64,000 nucleotides of DNA from an uncultured virus (IMG/VR IMGVR_UViG_3300005193_000001) (lineage: Duplodnaviria; Heunggongvirae; Uroviricota; Caudoviricetes), in IMG/VR virus record IMGVR_UViG_3300005193_000001, positions 124,001-188,000 of that record, one strand, 5' to 3'. A program made the position numbers and the translations under genes. Each line of letters opens with the position of its first letter. Position 1 is the first letter of the stretch. Shown here piece after piece: positions 63,216 through 64,000 of this stretch. The notes beneath the pieces were generated by a model. The model did no database searches, was not told where the DNA came from, and saw only the letters and a list, made by a program, of their open reading frames with translations.

Positions 63216-63290
63216 TAGGGGCGGAGGGGATCGAACCCTCATGCGACTGATTTTAAGTCAGTCAGGTCTGCCAGTTCCCGTCACGCCCCC
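63216..63290 (-). tRNA. tRNA-Leu (TAA) with short variable region
   Basis: ACTGA-CTTAAAA-TCAGT; variable region only CGCAT. Confidence 0.85.
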
Positions 63291-63480
63291 TTGTGACAAT
63301 TTTCGAGATTTCCGATCTCTCTCACGCGCTTCTCGGTTCCATCTTCAAACACGAGAACAAGTTCGTGGTCACAAGATCTACGAAGGCAATAGTCGGGGCT
63401 TTCGAAGCTCCAGCTTTTAAGCTTTTTACACCCCTCCTCCGTCTTTATATGTTTAGTATCCGTGAAGTCGTCGAGTCTGA

Positions 63481-63888
63481 TCACATCAATATCGCCGCAA
63501 AGAACATCCAAGAAAAGAGTGAAAGACCGAGGGCTCCGAATCCGTGCTTCGTTTCCCCCTTAACGAAAAGAACGATGGACATAATAATGCCGATAATCGG
63601 AAGAAGGAATCCGGTGATATAGCTGCCCACGATCAAACCTGTGCTAGCTCCACCATTGTCTTCGCCGCTCCCGACACTGGTGCTTCGAACGAAAGTGTGA
63701 AACTCGGGCTCTTCGAACTGGTCTCCGTTCCGAAGCTGGTTGATAATCTCGCTAGCTTCGTAGGTGTCGCCCTCGAATTCTACGGTTTCGGACTTCGACT
63801 CGAACGTGATTTCTTCAAGTCGGCCATTACTGGACCTCGAAAGCTGTGAAACTGCGCTCGTGTTATTGAATGCGTCGTAAATGTCCAT
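63481..63888 (-). CDS. membrane protein
   Basis: Two C-terminal transmembrane helices. Confidence 0.6.
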   Translation of the reverse strand: MDIYDAFNNTSAVSQLSRSSNGRLEEITFESKSETVEFEGDTYEASEIINQLRNGDQFEEPEFHTFVRSTSVGSGEDNGGASTGLIVGSYITGFLLPIIGIIMSIVLFVKGETKHGFGALGLSLFSWMFFAAILM

Positions 63889-63922
63889 GATTGTAACCTT
63901 GTGTTGTTATTATTAAGATTCG

Positions 63923-64000
63923 TGCCCAAGAGAGGACTCGAACCTCCACGGCCAAAAGCCACTGCGGTCTGAACGCAGCACGTCTACCTATTCCGTCACT
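63923..64000 (-). tRNA. tRNA-Leu (CAG), 5' end beyond the window
   Basis: CTGCG-TTCAGAC-CGCAG; long variable arm. Confidence 0.88.

Overview
A 64 kb segment of a large myovirus-type bacteriophage genome. Essentially all genes are on the minus strand. The proteins are strongly acidic, and the cargo is bacterial in type (peptide deformylase, GroES-like proteins, amidase, SleB hydrolase, lipoprotein, beta-barrel). The host is therefore inferred to be an extremely halophilic diderm bacterium, such as a Salinibacter-like organism. Positions 1-23 kb hold replication/recombination genes (SbcD-like nuclease, primase, RuvC-like resolvase, Dda-like helicase), a virion/baseplate block (gp5-, gp25- and gp6-like proteins, a large beta-propeller protein) and a gp55-like sigma factor. 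Positions 23-64 kb are an accessory region of small ORFs interleaved with about 36 cloverleaf tRNA genes read by eye, including a CUA amber-suppressor and a tRNA-Ile(UAU). The most striking signal is non-coding. There is a strongly shortened (about 230 nt) RNase P RNA. There is also a set of tRNA-mimic RNAs that keep the acceptor stem and T-arm but replace the D/anticodon region: two with a second T-arm, one with hairpins capped by repeated UAGCN loops, one with a 36-nt anticodon insert, and one minihelix. Several further unexplained structured RNAs and a repeated G(G/A)AAC-N16-(C/T)GT promoter-like motif are present. All calls are from manual reading. No database search or folding program was run.
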